Assembly (NCBI GenBank): GCA_046583195.1
Contig: JAYGCV010000128.1
Coordinates: 10,113 to 74,112, forward strand
From: Myxococcota bacterium
GTDB taxonomy: Bacteria; Myxococcota_A; UBA9160; UBA4427
DNA length: 64,000 nucleotides
Direction of reading: 5' to 3'
Part shown: one piece after another, positions 28,048-37,566 of the stretch
Numbering within the stretch: position 1 is the first letter of the stretch
Layout: each line of letters starts with the position of its first letter
Program-made: the position numbers and the translations under genes
Notes under the pieces: model-generated
Told to the model about the DNA's origin: nothing
Database searches by the model: none
The model's input: only the letters and a program-made list of their open reading frames with translations

Positions 28048-28249
28048 CCATCTCGAAGCGGTTCCCCCGTGGGAAACATCCGGGTTCCGACGCGCTCTGC
28101 AGCGCGGCTTTCAGCCGATATCCTCTACCCGGTATCTTTCGTTCCGGGTGGCTCCACACGGGTGTGGAGTTCGCAGCTGAAATGATCGCCCTTCTGGGTC
28201 CACGGTTCGCGACCCGGCCGGGCCGCCAAATTTTCTAGCCCCTACCATC

Positions 28250-29674
28250 ATGGATCCGAGACAAGCCGTCAAGCCGGACCCCCGACGCGGGCTGCCCTCC
28301 GTGGATCGTCTGATCCGCGAAGCGAGCGGCGCGGCTTCGGAGCTGCCCAACTGGGCCGTGCGCGCCGCTGCGCGCGAGGCGGTCGAAGCGCTCCGGGGGG
28401 AGTTGGAAGCCCAAGGAGCGGCGGCGGACACCCGCGGGGCGAATGCCGCTGATGGCGACGTCCTGGGGCGCGCCGTGGCGGACTGCCTGGCACGGGCCGA
28501 GCGCCTGGCGAAGCCAAGCCCCCGCCGCGTGCTCAACGCTACGGGCGTCGTACTCCACACCAACCTGGGGCGGGCTCCGCTTTCTCGGGCGGCGGCCGAC
28601 GCAGTGCAGGCTGCCGCGCTCTCGTATTCGGACCTCGAGATGGACCTCGAGCAGGGGGGCCGAGGCGATCGCCTCGCCGGTGTCGCCCAGAAGCTAAGAC
28701 TGCTCTCGGGGGCCGAATCGGCCCACGTCTCCAACAACAACGCGGCCGCGCTCCTGTTGGTCCTCGACACCCTCGCCCGCGACCGCGAGGTGATCGTCTC
28801 GCGTGGAGAGTTGGTCGAAATCGGGGGCTCGTTCCGGGTTCCCGAGATCATGCAGCGCGCCGGGGTGCGCCTGGTCGAGGTGGGGACCACGAACCGTACC
28901 CACGCCGAGGACTACGAGAACGCAATCGGTCCCCAGACGGCCCTGCTGCTGAAGGTGCATCGCAGCAATTTCGAACAGAAGGGGTTCGTCGCCGAAGTGG
29001 GCCTTCCGGCACTGGCTGCGATCGGCGCGCGCGCTGGGCTGCCGGTGGTCGATGATCTCGGCAGCGGGACCCTCGTCGACCTGTCGGACCGGGGAATTCC
29101 CATCGAGGCTTTCGCCCCCTCGCGGCTCACGGCCGGCGCCGACGTGGTGTGTTTTTCCGGGGATAAACTTCTGGGCGGTCCCCAGGCCGGGATCCTGCTG
29201 GGGAAGCAGGAGATCGTGGAGCGTTGCCGACGCAACCCCCTGGCGCGAGCCCTGCGTCCAGACAAGCTCGGGATCGCAGCACTCGATGCCACCCTCGAGT
29301 GCCTGCTCGATGGGCGCGGCGAAGAGGAGATCCCGGTACTGCGGCGCTTGCTCGAGCCGGTGGCTTCGCTCGAAGCGCGCGCCCGCAAGCTCGCCGGACG
29401 GCTCGCGAAGAATCACCCCGCTCCGCTGCGCTTCGAGGTTGCGAAGGAGAGCGCCCCCGTGGGTGGCGGATCGCTGCCGGGCTTCGCACTCGAGACCTGG
29501 GTGGTCGAAGTGTCTGGCGCCGGCTCCGCCGAACGCCTCGCGGCCCGGTTGCGCCGGGCGGAAACGCCGGTCCTCGCGCGGCTTCGAGACGGTCTGCTGA
29601 AGATCGACCTGCGCACTCTCGAAGACGACGAGTGCGCCGAAGTCGAGCGCATGCTCGACGCGGCGCTTCGCTGA
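28250..29674 (+). CDS. selA: L-seryl-tRNA(Sec) selenium transferase
   Basis: 474 aa. N-terminal LPSVDRLIRE signature, the PLP-Lys region VCFSGDKLLGGPQAG, and the overall SelA layout. Confidence 0.9.
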   Translation: MDPRQAVKPDPRRGLPSVDRLIREASGAASELPNWAVRAAAREAVEALRGELEAQGAAADTRGANAADGDVLGRAVADCLARAERLAKPSPRRVLNATGVVLHTNLGRAPLSRAAADAVQAAALSYSDLEMDLEQGGRGDRLAGVAQKLRLLSGAESAHVSNNNAAALLLVLDTLARDREVIVSRGELVEIGGSFRVPEIMQRAGVRLVEVGTTNRTHAEDYENAIGPQTALLLKVHRSNFEQKGFVAEVGLPALAAIGARAGLPVVDDLGSGTLVDLSDRGIPIEAFAPSRLTAGADVVCFSGDKLLGGPQAGILLGKQEIVERCRRNPLARALRPDKLGIAALDATLECLLDGRGEEEIPVLRRLLEPVASLEARARKLAGRLAKNHPAPLRFEVAKESAPVGGGSLPGFALETWVVEVSGAGSAERLAARLRRAETPVLARLRDGLLKIDLRTLEDDECAEVERMLDAALR

Positions 29675-29714
29675 TGCTGCCCGGGGCAGCGGATCGATTC
29701 AAAACGGATCCGTC

Positions 29715-30311
29715 ATGCTGAATTCGAGTGTCCTGGTCCTGAATCGCTCCTTTCTCCCGGTCCACGTGACTTCGCTGCGGCGCGCCTTCACGCTGGTTTA
29801 CGTGGGCGGTGCGCGCGCCGTCGACAGCCGCTACCAGACGTTCGATTTCGAGGAGTGGACCAGCGGCGGCGCCCCGACGGATGCCGAGGCCGTGGGCTCG
29901 ACCGCTGGGCCCGTGCCGGTACCCCGGGTCATCCTGTTGACTCATTTCGACGGTGTGCCGAAGCGTCGGGTGCGCTTCAGTCGCAGCAACGTGTTCGCCC
30001 GGGATCGCTTCACCTGCCAGTACTGCGGGGAGCAACGACCTCGCAGCGATCTGAACCTCGACCATGTCGTGCCCCGAACAATGGGGGGACGCACGACCTG
30101 GGAGAACGTCGTTTGCTGCTGTTTATCCTGCAATCGTCGCAAGGGCGGGCGCACCCCCGAGCAGGCGGGGTTTCGCCTGGGGCGCAAGCCGGCTCGTCCT
30201 CGCTGGAGTCCGGTGCTGAGCGTGGCGCCCGCGAAGGTTCGCTACCGCGAATGGCGCCCCTTTCTCTTCTCCAGCGACGCTTCGGCGGCCTCGCAGGGCG
30301 TCGCGGTCTGA
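29715..30311 (+). CDS. HNH endonuclease-domain protein
   Basis: CQYCGEQRPRSDLNLDHVVPRTMGGRTTWENVVCCCLSCNRRKG is an HNH/zinc-finger core. The N-terminal half is a conserved unknown domain. Confidence 0.85.
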   Translation: MLNSSVLVLNRSFLPVHVTSLRRAFTLVYVGGARAVDSRYQTFDFEEWTSGGAPTDAEAVGSTAGPVPVPRVILLTHFDGVPKRRVRFSRSNVFARDRFTCQYCGEQRPRSDLNLDHVVPRTMGGRTTWENVVCCCLSCNRRKGGRTPEQAGFRLGRKPARPRWSPVLSVAPAKVRYREWRPFLFSSDASAASQGVAV

Positions 30312-30395
30312 ACGCCGGGGGAGCCGCCCGTCGCCCTTCGATTTTGCGAAACGGGGGGTTCCCGAAAGCGGGGTTTCCGCGGTAGGATTCAAAAG

Positions 30396-31382
30396 GTGGG
30401 GGATGGATCCACGGAAGCGACGACTCGGGCGACGGAGATTTCGAGGGCGGCCACTGGTCGCGGGCCGCGACTCGTCGCGGTCGGGAGTGGCAAGGGGGGC
30501 GTCGGTCGCAGTGTCGTCGCGGCCAACGTTGCCACGGCACTCGCCGACTCGGGCCAGCGCGTCATCGCCGTCGACACCGATCTCGGATCGGCGAACCTCC
30601 ACACCCTCCTGGGGGTCGAGCATCCGCGCGAAGGCCTTTCGGATTTCGTCGCGCGCCGCGAAGAGGACCTTCGGAAGCTGGCGATCGAGACGCCGGTTGC
30701 GAACCTGCGGTTGGTGGCGGGTACCGGTGGTCATCTCGATGACGCCCAGCCCGACAACGCGCGCCGGGTTCGCCTGATCCGGGACCTGCGCCAGCTCGAT
30801 GCGGATTGGGTGGTTCTCGATCTCGGTGCAGGGGTACACCCAGCGACCCTCGACTATTTCCTCGTCGCCGACGACGCCCTGCTCATCCTCTCCCCGGAAC
30901 CCACCTGCATCGAGAGTGCCTACGCGTTCCTACGGGCGGCGTTCTACCGGCGGCTTTGGCAGTCGATGGTCAGTCAGAACCTGCGCGATCTCGTCACCGA
31001 TGCGATGGACCCGCGGAACGAGCGCGGGATCCAGAACCCCCTCGACCTGCTGCGCGAAGTGGAAGCGGCCGATCCGGCGGAGGGTGCTCGTTTCTTGCGC
31101 ACGGTGGACGAGTTTCGGCCGAAGATCGTGATCAATGGTGCGCGCAGCGCGGACGATATCCGTCTCGGCTTCTCCGTCGTGACCGTGTGTCGGCGCTACT
31201 TTGGCGCCAACTTCAAATATCTCGGCTACATCAATTATGACGAGGCGGTGCGGCGCTCGGTGATTGCAAAGGTGCCCCTGGTGCACTTTGCCAAGGAAGC
31301 CGATGCGGCGAACTACCTCACGCGGATCGCCCGCAAAATCAGCGAGCCGCCTCCGGCGGTCTCGCTCGGGCGACACCGATGA
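30396..31382 (+). CDS. MinD/ParA/FlhG-family P-loop ATPase
   Basis: Deviant Walker A VGSGKGGVGRSVVAANVA, then VIAVDTDLGSANLH, then Walker B-like VVLDLGAG. GTG start at 30396. Confidence 0.85.
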   Translation: MGDGSTEATTRATEISRAATGRGPRLVAVGSGKGGVGRSVVAANVATALADSGQRVIAVDTDLGSANLHTLLGVEHPREGLSDFVARREEDLRKLAIETPVANLRLVAGTGGHLDDAQPDNARRVRLIRDLRQLDADWVVLDLGAGVHPATLDYFLVADDALLILSPEPTCIESAYAFLRAAFYRRLWQSMVSQNLRDLVTDAMDPRNERGIQNPLDLLREVEAADPAEGARFLRTVDEFRPKIVINGARSADDIRLGFSVVTVCRRYFGANFKYLGYINYDEAVRRSVIAKVPLVHFAKEADAANYLTRIARKISEPPPAVSLGRHR

Positions 31383-32047
31383 AGGCCGTTTCCGAACTCG
31401 ACCATTACGAACTTCTAGAGCTGCCCGTAGGCGCCGATCCCGCGCAGATCGAGAAGGCCTACAAGACGCTGCGTGCGACCTACGCCGCCGATTCGATGGC
31501 GGTCTACTCGATTCTCGAGCCCTCCGAAGCCGAGCAGATCCGCGAGCGGATCGAGGGCGCCTACCGGGTGCTCTCGGACGAGGAGGAGCGACACCGCTAC
31601 GACGTGATTCGAGCGAAGGGCAGAAGCGGGATGGTCGGGGCGACGCATTCGGCGCTGGAGCAGGCGCTCCCGAAGAGCGTCGAGGTGCCCGAGGAGGCGC
31701 CGACTCCCGAAGGGGCAGCCGCTGGAGAGCCCAGCCCGGGAGCGGCGGCGTCGATTCTCGACGATGCCGACGAATGCAACGGCCGAACGCTGCAGCAACT
31801 GCGTCTGCAGCGCGGTGTCGCCCTTGACCAACTGGCGGCAACGACGAAGATCAGCCCCAACACCCTTCGCTGCATCGAGGAGGATCGCTACGACGAACTC
31901 CCGGCATTGGTCTACGTGCGCGGCTTCGTGATCGCCTACGCCCGGGCCCTCGGCTTCGACTCCGAGAAGGTGGCGAACCGCTACATGGAGCATCTCGAGT
32001 CGTCGCGCGGGGTGCCGCGTCGGAGTCGGTTTCTCGGACGGGACTGA
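31379..32047 (+). CDS. J-like domain (no HPD) + RodZ-type helix-turn-helix protein
   Basis: The N-terminus DHYELLELPVGADPAQIEKAYKTLRATYAADS...AYRVLSDEEERHRYD has a J-domain outline but ATYAAD replaces HPD. The C-terminus LQQLRLQRGVALDQLAATTKISPNTLRCIEEDRYDELPALVYVRGFV is a cytoskeleton-protein RodZ-like HTH. The start overlaps the upstream stop (ATGA). Confidence 0.75.
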   Translation: MKAVSELDHYELLELPVGADPAQIEKAYKTLRATYAADSMAVYSILEPSEAEQIRERIEGAYRVLSDEEERHRYDVIRAKGRSGMVGATHSALEQALPKSVEVPEEAPTPEGAAAGEPSPGAAASILDDADECNGRTLQQLRLQRGVALDQLAATTKISPNTLRCIEEDRYDELPALVYVRGFVIAYARALGFDSEKVANRYMEHLESSRGVPRRSRFLGRD

Positions 32048-32050
32048 GCC

Positions 32051-33028
32051 TTGGCGGAGGGTCCCGACCTGGCGGAAAGTCCCGACGGCCCTCTCGATGA
32101 GGAACTGGTGCTGGTCTTCGAGGTTTCCGATGCCGAGGCCGGAGAGCGGGTCGACGTCGCGCTTGCGACCCTGTCGGGGTTGCCGCGCTCTGCGGTGAAA
32201 CGCTGGATCGCTGCGAAACGTGTTGAAGTCAACGAACAGCCCTGTCGTGCAAGCCGTCGGGTCTCGCTTGGCGATCGCGTTCGGGCGCGACCGCCGGAAC
32301 CCGTACAACCGTCGCTTGCCCCAGAGGCGATTCCGCTCGTCGTGCTCTACGAGGATTCGGATCTGATCGTGATCGACAAGCCGGCGGGGCTCGTCGTGCA
32401 TCCGGCGCCCGGACATCCGCGCGGCACACTCGTGAATGCGCTGCTCCACCACTGCAATGACCTGGCGGGAGTCGGTGGTGTGCTGCGCCCCGGAATCGTG
32501 CATCGTCTCGATCGCGGAACGTCTGGGGTCATGCTGGCGGCGAAGAACGACACCGCCCACGCGGCGCTTTCGAAACAGTTCCGCGACCATTCGATCGAGC
32601 GCGTCTACCGGGCCGTGGTGCGCGGAAGCCCCGGTGTCGAGGAGGGCGTCGTCGATCGCCCCATTGGTCGACACCCGCGAGACCGGAAGCGCATGTCGGT
32701 GGCCGCGCGAAACGGACGGCGAGCGGTCACCCGCTATCGGCTCGTGGAACGCTTTGCGGCGTCCGACCGGAGTGAGCTCGAGATGCACCCCGAAACCGGC
32801 CGCACGCACCAGATCCGTGTGCACCTCGCCAGTCTGGGCCTGCCGATCGTGGGAGATCCAGTGTACGGGAAGGTGCGCAGGGCTGAAATCGATCGGCCAG
32901 CCCTGCACGCAGCCAAGCTGGGGTTCGTGCATCCACGGTCGGGCGAGATGCTGCGCTTCGAAGCCGGGTTGCCCGATGACATGGCGGCATTGATCGAGAA
33001 GCTGCGTGCGCGCGAAACGGCCTCGTGA
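32051..33028 (+). CDS. rluD: RluA-family 23S rRNA pseudouridine synthase (RluD-like)
   Basis: S4-like N-terminus, then VIDKPAGLVVHP, the catalytic HRLDRGTSGVML, and TGRTHQIRVH. Confidence 0.9.
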   Translation: MAEGPDLAESPDGPLDEELVLVFEVSDAEAGERVDVALATLSGLPRSAVKRWIAAKRVEVNEQPCRASRRVSLGDRVRARPPEPVQPSLAPEAIPLVVLYEDSDLIVIDKPAGLVVHPAPGHPRGTLVNALLHHCNDLAGVGGVLRPGIVHRLDRGTSGVMLAAKNDTAHAALSKQFRDHSIERVYRAVVRGSPGVEEGVVDRPIGRHPRDRKRMSVAARNGRRAVTRYRLVERFAASDRSELEMHPETGRTHQIRVHLASLGLPIVGDPVYGKVRRAEIDRPALHAAKLGFVHPRSGEMLRFEAGLPDDMAALIEKLRARETAS

Positions 33029-33696
33029 CCCGGGGTTTTCTGTGTCACCCGGTGCTCGGTGCACTGGGGGTCGAACACGGCTTCGGTACCCGTGCAGCCC
33101 GGTCCCCGTCGCGAGTGGCTCTGCCCCGCCAGGTTCACGGCACGGTGGTGGCGACGGTCGACTCGAAGGGCGAAGCGCATCCGGAAGAAGCCGACGCCAT
33201 CGTCAGCGGGGCGGGAGAGGGGCCGGTGGGCATCGTGACCGCCGACTGCGTTCCGATTCTTGCGGCTAGCGCTGACGCCTCGAAGGTGGTGGCGATCCAC
33301 GCGGGCTGGCGTGGTCTGGCGGCCGGTGTCGTCGAGGCGGGAATCGCCGCCCTCGGACCCGGCGATGCACACGAGATCCGCGCGGTGATTGGGCCCGCGA
33401 TCGGAGTCTGTTGTTACGAAGTGGATGCGCCGGTTCTCGGCGCGCTGCGCCTGCGTTTCGACGGCGGCCTTGATCGCGCGACCTTCGAGAGTCGTCCCGG
33501 GCACGCACGACTCGATCTCTGCGAGTTGGTGCGAACCGAGTTGCACGCACTCGGACTCGCTGCCTCGAAGATCGGTGCCATCGAGAACGCATGCACCCGC
33601 TGCGACGATCGTCGCTTCCATTCCTATCGCCGTGACGGTGCCGAATCCGGGCGGCTGCTCCACTTCATCGAGCCCCGTTCGAGCGATCAGGCTTGA
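33025..33696 (+). CDS. pgeF: YfiH/PgeF (DUF152) purine nucleoside phosphorylase / peptidoglycan editing factor family
   Basis: Motifs [41 protein letters not shown]. It is adjacent to rluD, as in many bacteria. Confidence 0.88.
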   Translation: MTRGFLCHPVLGALGVEHGFGTRAARSPSRVALPRQVHGTVVATVDSKGEAHPEEADAIVSGAGEGPVGIVTADCVPILAASADASKVVAIHAGWRGLAAGVVEAGIAALGPGDAHEIRAVIGPAIGVCCYEVDAPVLGALRLRFDGGLDRATFESRPGHARLDLCELVRTELHALGLAASKIGAIENACTRCDDRRFHSYRRDGAESGRLLHFIEPRSSDQA

Positions 33697-33721
33697 CAGT
33701 GTCTGGGGGCGGGGATAGCGT
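33693..33721 (+). promoter_or_regulatory. candidate sigma70-type promoter for rho (TTGACA - 17 nt - TAGCGT)
   Basis: -35 TTGACA at 33693-33698, a 17-nt spacer, and -10 TAGCGT at 33716-33721. This would give a leader of about 320 nt before the rho ATG. Confidence 0.3.
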
Positions 33722-34040
33722 CCAAAACGTCCGAAACCCCCGAAAATTTTCACGAATAGCCTCGAGCTCGCACGGCCACGGCGGTGTGCCCGGCCGCTGC
33801 GAACTCGGACGCGGGGTCACTTCTCCTGCCGATCGACCGATTAGGCCTCTACCCGCCGCACGCCTTCGGCCTCCCGTTGCTTCAAAGAACGGCTCAGTCA
33901 GCGAGCCAAGCAGAGTGCGGAGTGGCTTCTATTGCACATTCGCGAAGTGGATCGCTCCGAACCCACCGAGCCCTCTAACGAACGTTTGCAGGCGGATGCT
34001 GCACCCACAAGAGGGCCGAATCGATGACGGGATTGCGCAC

Positions 34041-35474
34041 ATGAGCCAGCGAACGACCGAATCGAACGGATCCGGGGGCAATCGCAATCGACGCGGACGC
34101 GGCCGCAGGCCGCGCACATCGGGAAGTTCGCGGGAGGCACACGCTCCGCGGCGTGACTACCTGCCCTCGGACGATGAACTCGACGAGGACGGCGCTGCCG
34201 CCCAGTCGGACGAATCCGGAGAGCGTGTCGACGTCGCTCTTCTGAAGGCGAAGACGATGGCAGAGCTCGCGAAGATCGCGGGCGATCTCGGGGTAGAAAA
34301 CGCGGGAGGCCTGCGGAAGCCGGAGTTGATGTTTTCGATCCTGAAGGGTAAGACCGAGAACTGCGAGCGTATCTTTTCCGAGGGCGTGCTCGAGATCCTT
34401 CAGGATGGGTTCGGGTTCCTGCGCGCGCCCGACCAGAACTATCTCGCTGGCCCGGACGACATCTACGTGTCGCCCTCGCAGATCCGGCGCTTCAACCTGC
34501 GCACCGGGGACACCGTCACGGGTCAGATCCGGTCTCCGAAGGAGGGCGAGCGCTACTTCGCGCTCCTGAAGGTCGAAGCAATCAACTTTGACCCGCCGGA
34601 GAAGGCCCTCAAGAAGATCCCCTTCGACGATCTGACACCGCTCTACCCCGAGGAGCGATTCGATCTCGAGGGTGGTGGCGGCGATCTGACGAGTCGCGTC
34701 ATCGATCTGATCGCACCGCTCGGAAAGGGGCAGCGCGCGCTCATTACCTCGCCGCCCAAGGCGGGAAAAACGATGATCCTGAAGGAGATCGCGAACGCCA
34801 TCGCCCTGCACCATCCCGAGGCCTACCTGATCGTTCTCTTGATCGACGAGCGGCCCGAAGAAGTCACCGATATGCGGCGCACCGTGAAGGCCGAAGTGGT
34901 TTCTTCGACCTTCGACGAGCCGGCCACGCGTCACGTCCAGGTGGCTGAGATGGTGATCGCAAAGGCGAAGCGCCTGGTGGAGCACAAGCGCGACGTGGTG
35001 ATTCTCCTCGATTCGATCACGCGCCTCGCACGGGCCTACAATACCGTGGTGCCCCACTCCGGGAAAATCCTTTCGGGCGGCGTAGATTCGAATGCGCTCC
35101 ACAAGCCGAAGCGGTTTTTCGGGGCGGCGCGCAACGTCGAAGAGGGCGGGAGCCTGACCATCGTCGGCACCGCGCTGATCGATACCGGCTCGCGGATGGA
35201 CGAGGTGATTTTCGAGGAATTCAAGGGCACGGGGAACAGCGAACTCGTGCTCGATCGCAAGCTCGCCGACCGCAGAACCTACCCGGCCATCGACATCAAT
35301 CGTTCGGCCACCCGGCGAGAAGAGTTGCTCCTCAGCGAAGCCGCCCTGAACCGCATGTACATCCTGCGAAAATTGCTGTCCCCGCTCTCGCCGGTGGACT
35401 CGATGGAATTCCTGCTCGAGAAGGTGAAGCACACCGAAACGAACGAGGAGTTCCTGGACTCGATGAACTCCTGA
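34041..35474 (+). CDS. rho: transcription termination factor Rho (with Arg/Gly-rich N-terminal insertion)
   Basis: Motifs [14 protein letters not shown], the Walker A region [27 protein letters not shown], and [23 protein letters not shown]. The start is ATG 34041 (alternative 33996). The ORF-track start at 33693 is unlikely. Confidence 0.92.
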   Translation: MSQRTTESNGSGGNRNRRGRGRRPRTSGSSREAHAPRRDYLPSDDELDEDGAAAQSDESGERVDVALLKAKTMAELAKIAGDLGVENAGGLRKPELMFSILKGKTENCERIFSEGVLEILQDGFGFLRAPDQNYLAGPDDIYVSPSQIRRFNLRTGDTVTGQIRSPKEGERYFALLKVEAINFDPPEKALKKIPFDDLTPLYPEERFDLEGGGGDLTSRVIDLIAPLGKGQRALITSPPKAGKTMILKEIANAIALHHPEAYLIVLLIDERPEEVTDMRRTVKAEVVSSTFDEPATRHVQVAEMVIAKAKRLVEHKRDVVILLDSITRLARAYNTVVPHSGKILSGGVDSNALHKPKRFFGAARNVEEGGSLTIVGTALIDTGSRMDEVIFEEFKGTGNSELVLDRKLADRRTYPAIDINRSATRREELLLSEAALNRMYILRKLLSPLSPVDSMEFLLEKVKHTETNEEFLDSMNS

Positions 35475-35560
35475 TCGAGGCGGGGCTCTTTGCGCCCCGC
35501 AGCCCGTACCCCCATTTCGGAATCCCACCCCCACCCGGCCCGCCGTGGGAGAAATGCTCG

Positions 35561-36628
35561 ATGCCCGATTTTCTGGCCAGAATCGACGAATCGACCGAGC
35601 GAACCTCGGCCCTCGAGGCTGACCTCGCCAACCCGGAAATTTCGCGACAGCCCGGGCGCTACCAGAAACTCGCGAAAGAGTTGGCGCGCCTGCGGCCGGT
35701 GGTGGAAACCGGCGCTGCCTACCGCGCGGCCCTCCTGCAGATTACTGAATCCGAGATCATGGCCTCGGACGACGACGCGGAGATCGCCGATCTCGCCCGC
35801 AGCGAACTCGAAGAGTTGAAGGCGACGAAGGCTTCGCTCGAGAAAAAGCTCCGAGAACTCTTGATCCCACGCGATCCCAACGACGATCGAAACGCGATCT
35901 TCGAGATCCGGGCGGGCACCGGGGGGGAGGAAGCCTCACTCTTCGCTGCGGACCTCTTCCGCATGTACTCGCGCTACGCCGAGAACCTGGGCTGGAAGAT
36001 CGAGGTGCTTTCGCAGTCCGCAACGGATGCCGGCGGGTTCAAGGAAGTGATCGCGATGATCGAAGGCGAAGAGGTGTTTTCGCGCTTCAAATACGAACGC
36101 GGGGTTCACCGTGTACAGCGGGTACCGACCACCGAATCCCAGGGGCGGATCCATACTTCGACGGTAACCGTCGCGGTGATGCCCGAAGCGGAAGAAGTCG
36201 ACATCGAGATCGATCCCGCCGATCTGCGCATCGATGTGATGCGGGCCGGGGGGCCTGGCGGACAGAGCGTCAACACCACCGATTCGGCGGTGCGGATCAC
36301 TCACGGTCCAACGGGCCTCGTGGTGCAGTGCCAGGACGAGAAATCGCAGCACAAGAACAAGGCCAAGGCGATGAAGGTGCTGCGCTCCCGGCTCTACGAG
36401 CTCGAGGAAGAGCGCCTGGCCGCCGAGCGTTCCGAGGCGCGTCGCGCGCAGGTGGGGACCGGAGAGCGAAGCGAAAAAATCCGCACCTACAACTTTCCGC
36501 AGAACCGTGTGACCGATCATCGCGCGGGCATCACGCTCCACAAGCTCGATCACGTGATGGAAGGCGAACTCGCCGAACTCCTCGATGCGGTGGCGGCGCA
36601 CCTCGTTTCCGAAATCGAATTTTCCTGA
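35561..36628 (+). CDS. prfA: peptide chain release factor 1
   Basis: The PxT-type region and the GGQ motif ([21 protein letters not shown]) are present; 355 aa. Confidence 0.95.
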   Translation: MPDFLARIDESTERTSALEADLANPEISRQPGRYQKLAKELARLRPVVETGAAYRAALLQITESEIMASDDDAEIADLARSELEELKATKASLEKKLRELLIPRDPNDDRNAIFEIRAGTGGEEASLFAADLFRMYSRYAENLGWKIEVLSQSATDAGGFKEVIAMIEGEEVFSRFKYERGVHRVQRVPTTESQGRIHTSTVTVAVMPEAEEVDIEIDPADLRIDVMRAGGPGGQSVNTTDSAVRITHGPTGLVVQCQDEKSQHKNKAKAMKVLRSRLYELEEERLAAERSEARRAQVGTGERSEKIRTYNFPQNRVTDHRAGITLHKLDHVMEGELAELLDAVAAHLVSEIEFS

Positions 36629-37545
36629 TGACGTCGGATCTTCGAAGTGACGAGTCGCTGGTGGCGGCTTCGGGCGCGGAGACTTCCGGCGAGGTGTGGA
36701 CGGTGATGGCCCTGCTGCGCTGGACCACCGACTACTTTGCAAAGCAGGGGATCGATTCGCCGCGGCTGGACGCCGAGTGCCTGCTGGCCTTTGCTCTCGA
36801 CTGCGATCGGGTCGCGCTCTATGTCGAATACGAGAAACCGGTGGTCGAAGCCGAGAGAAGTCGCTTTCGCGAACTGGTTCAGCGTCGTGCGCGCGAGCGG
36901 GTGCCGGTCGCGCAGCTTCTGGGTCGTCGCGAGTTCTGGTCGCTCTCCTTCGAGGTGACGAGCGATGTCCTGACGCCACGCCCCGAAACCGAGACACTGG
37001 TCGCCGCGCTCCTCGAACGGATCGCCTCGTCGCCGGAGAGCACGCGGGTGCTCGAACTCGGAACGGGCTCGGGCTGCATCGCGATCGCGCTGGCCCGGGA
37101 GTGTCCGCGACTCGAAATCACGGCCACCGACATTTCCGATGCGGCGCTCTGCGTGGCGAAGCGAAACGCGGCGCGCCTCGAAGTGGCGGACCGGATCGAC
37201 TTTCGCCGCGGCGATCTCCTCGCCCCGGTGGCCGGCGAGCACTTCGACTGGATCGTTTCGAACCCGCCCTACCTGGCCCGCGACGAGGCCGAAACACTTC
37301 CTCCGGAGCTCGCCTCGGAACCCGATGGGGCGCTCTTCGGAGGGGCGGACGGCCTGGAGATCACTCGTCGAATCTGGCAGGAAGCGCCGGCTGCGCTCGC
37401 TGCGGGGGGGCGGATCCTGTTGGAGGTCGGTCTCGGGCAGGCTGATGCAGTTTGCGGTGGCTTTCGGGGGGTAGGGCTGTCCAATTGCGAGGTGGTGAGC
37501 GACCTTTCGCATTGCCCGCGCGTCATCGTGGCGTCGCGGGCGTAG
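36628..37545 (+). CDS. prmC: release factor glutamine N5-methyltransferase PrmC (HemK)
   Basis: The ATG at 36628 overlaps the prfA TGA by 1 nt. Motifs: LELGTGSGCIAIALA and the NPPY motif (VSNPPYL). Confidence 0.9.
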   Translation: MTSDLRSDESLVAASGAETSGEVWTVMALLRWTTDYFAKQGIDSPRLDAECLLAFALDCDRVALYVEYEKPVVEAERSRFRELVQRRARERVPVAQLLGRREFWSLSFEVTSDVLTPRPETETLVAALLERIASSPESTRVLELGTGSGCIAIALARECPRLEITATDISDAALCVAKRNAARLEVADRIDFRRGDLLAPVAGEHFDWIVSNPPYLARDEAETLPPELASEPDGALFGGADGLEITRRIWQEAPAALAAGGRILLEVGLGQADAVCGGFRGVGLSNCEVVSDLSHCPRVIVASRA

Positions 37546-37566
37546 GCCTTTCGAGGGGGACACCGA

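Noticed and set aside
27780-28250. Search for tRNA-Sec (selC) or tmRNA next to selA. The sequence ggttcgcgacccggccgggccgccaaa superficially resembles a T-arm plus CCA end, and taggggctagaaaattt on the minus strand resembles a tmRNA 5' end.
   Set aside because: No complementary acceptor 5' strand, no TCA anticodon loop, the T-stem does not pair, and no tag-peptide reading frame or matching 3' acceptor is present.
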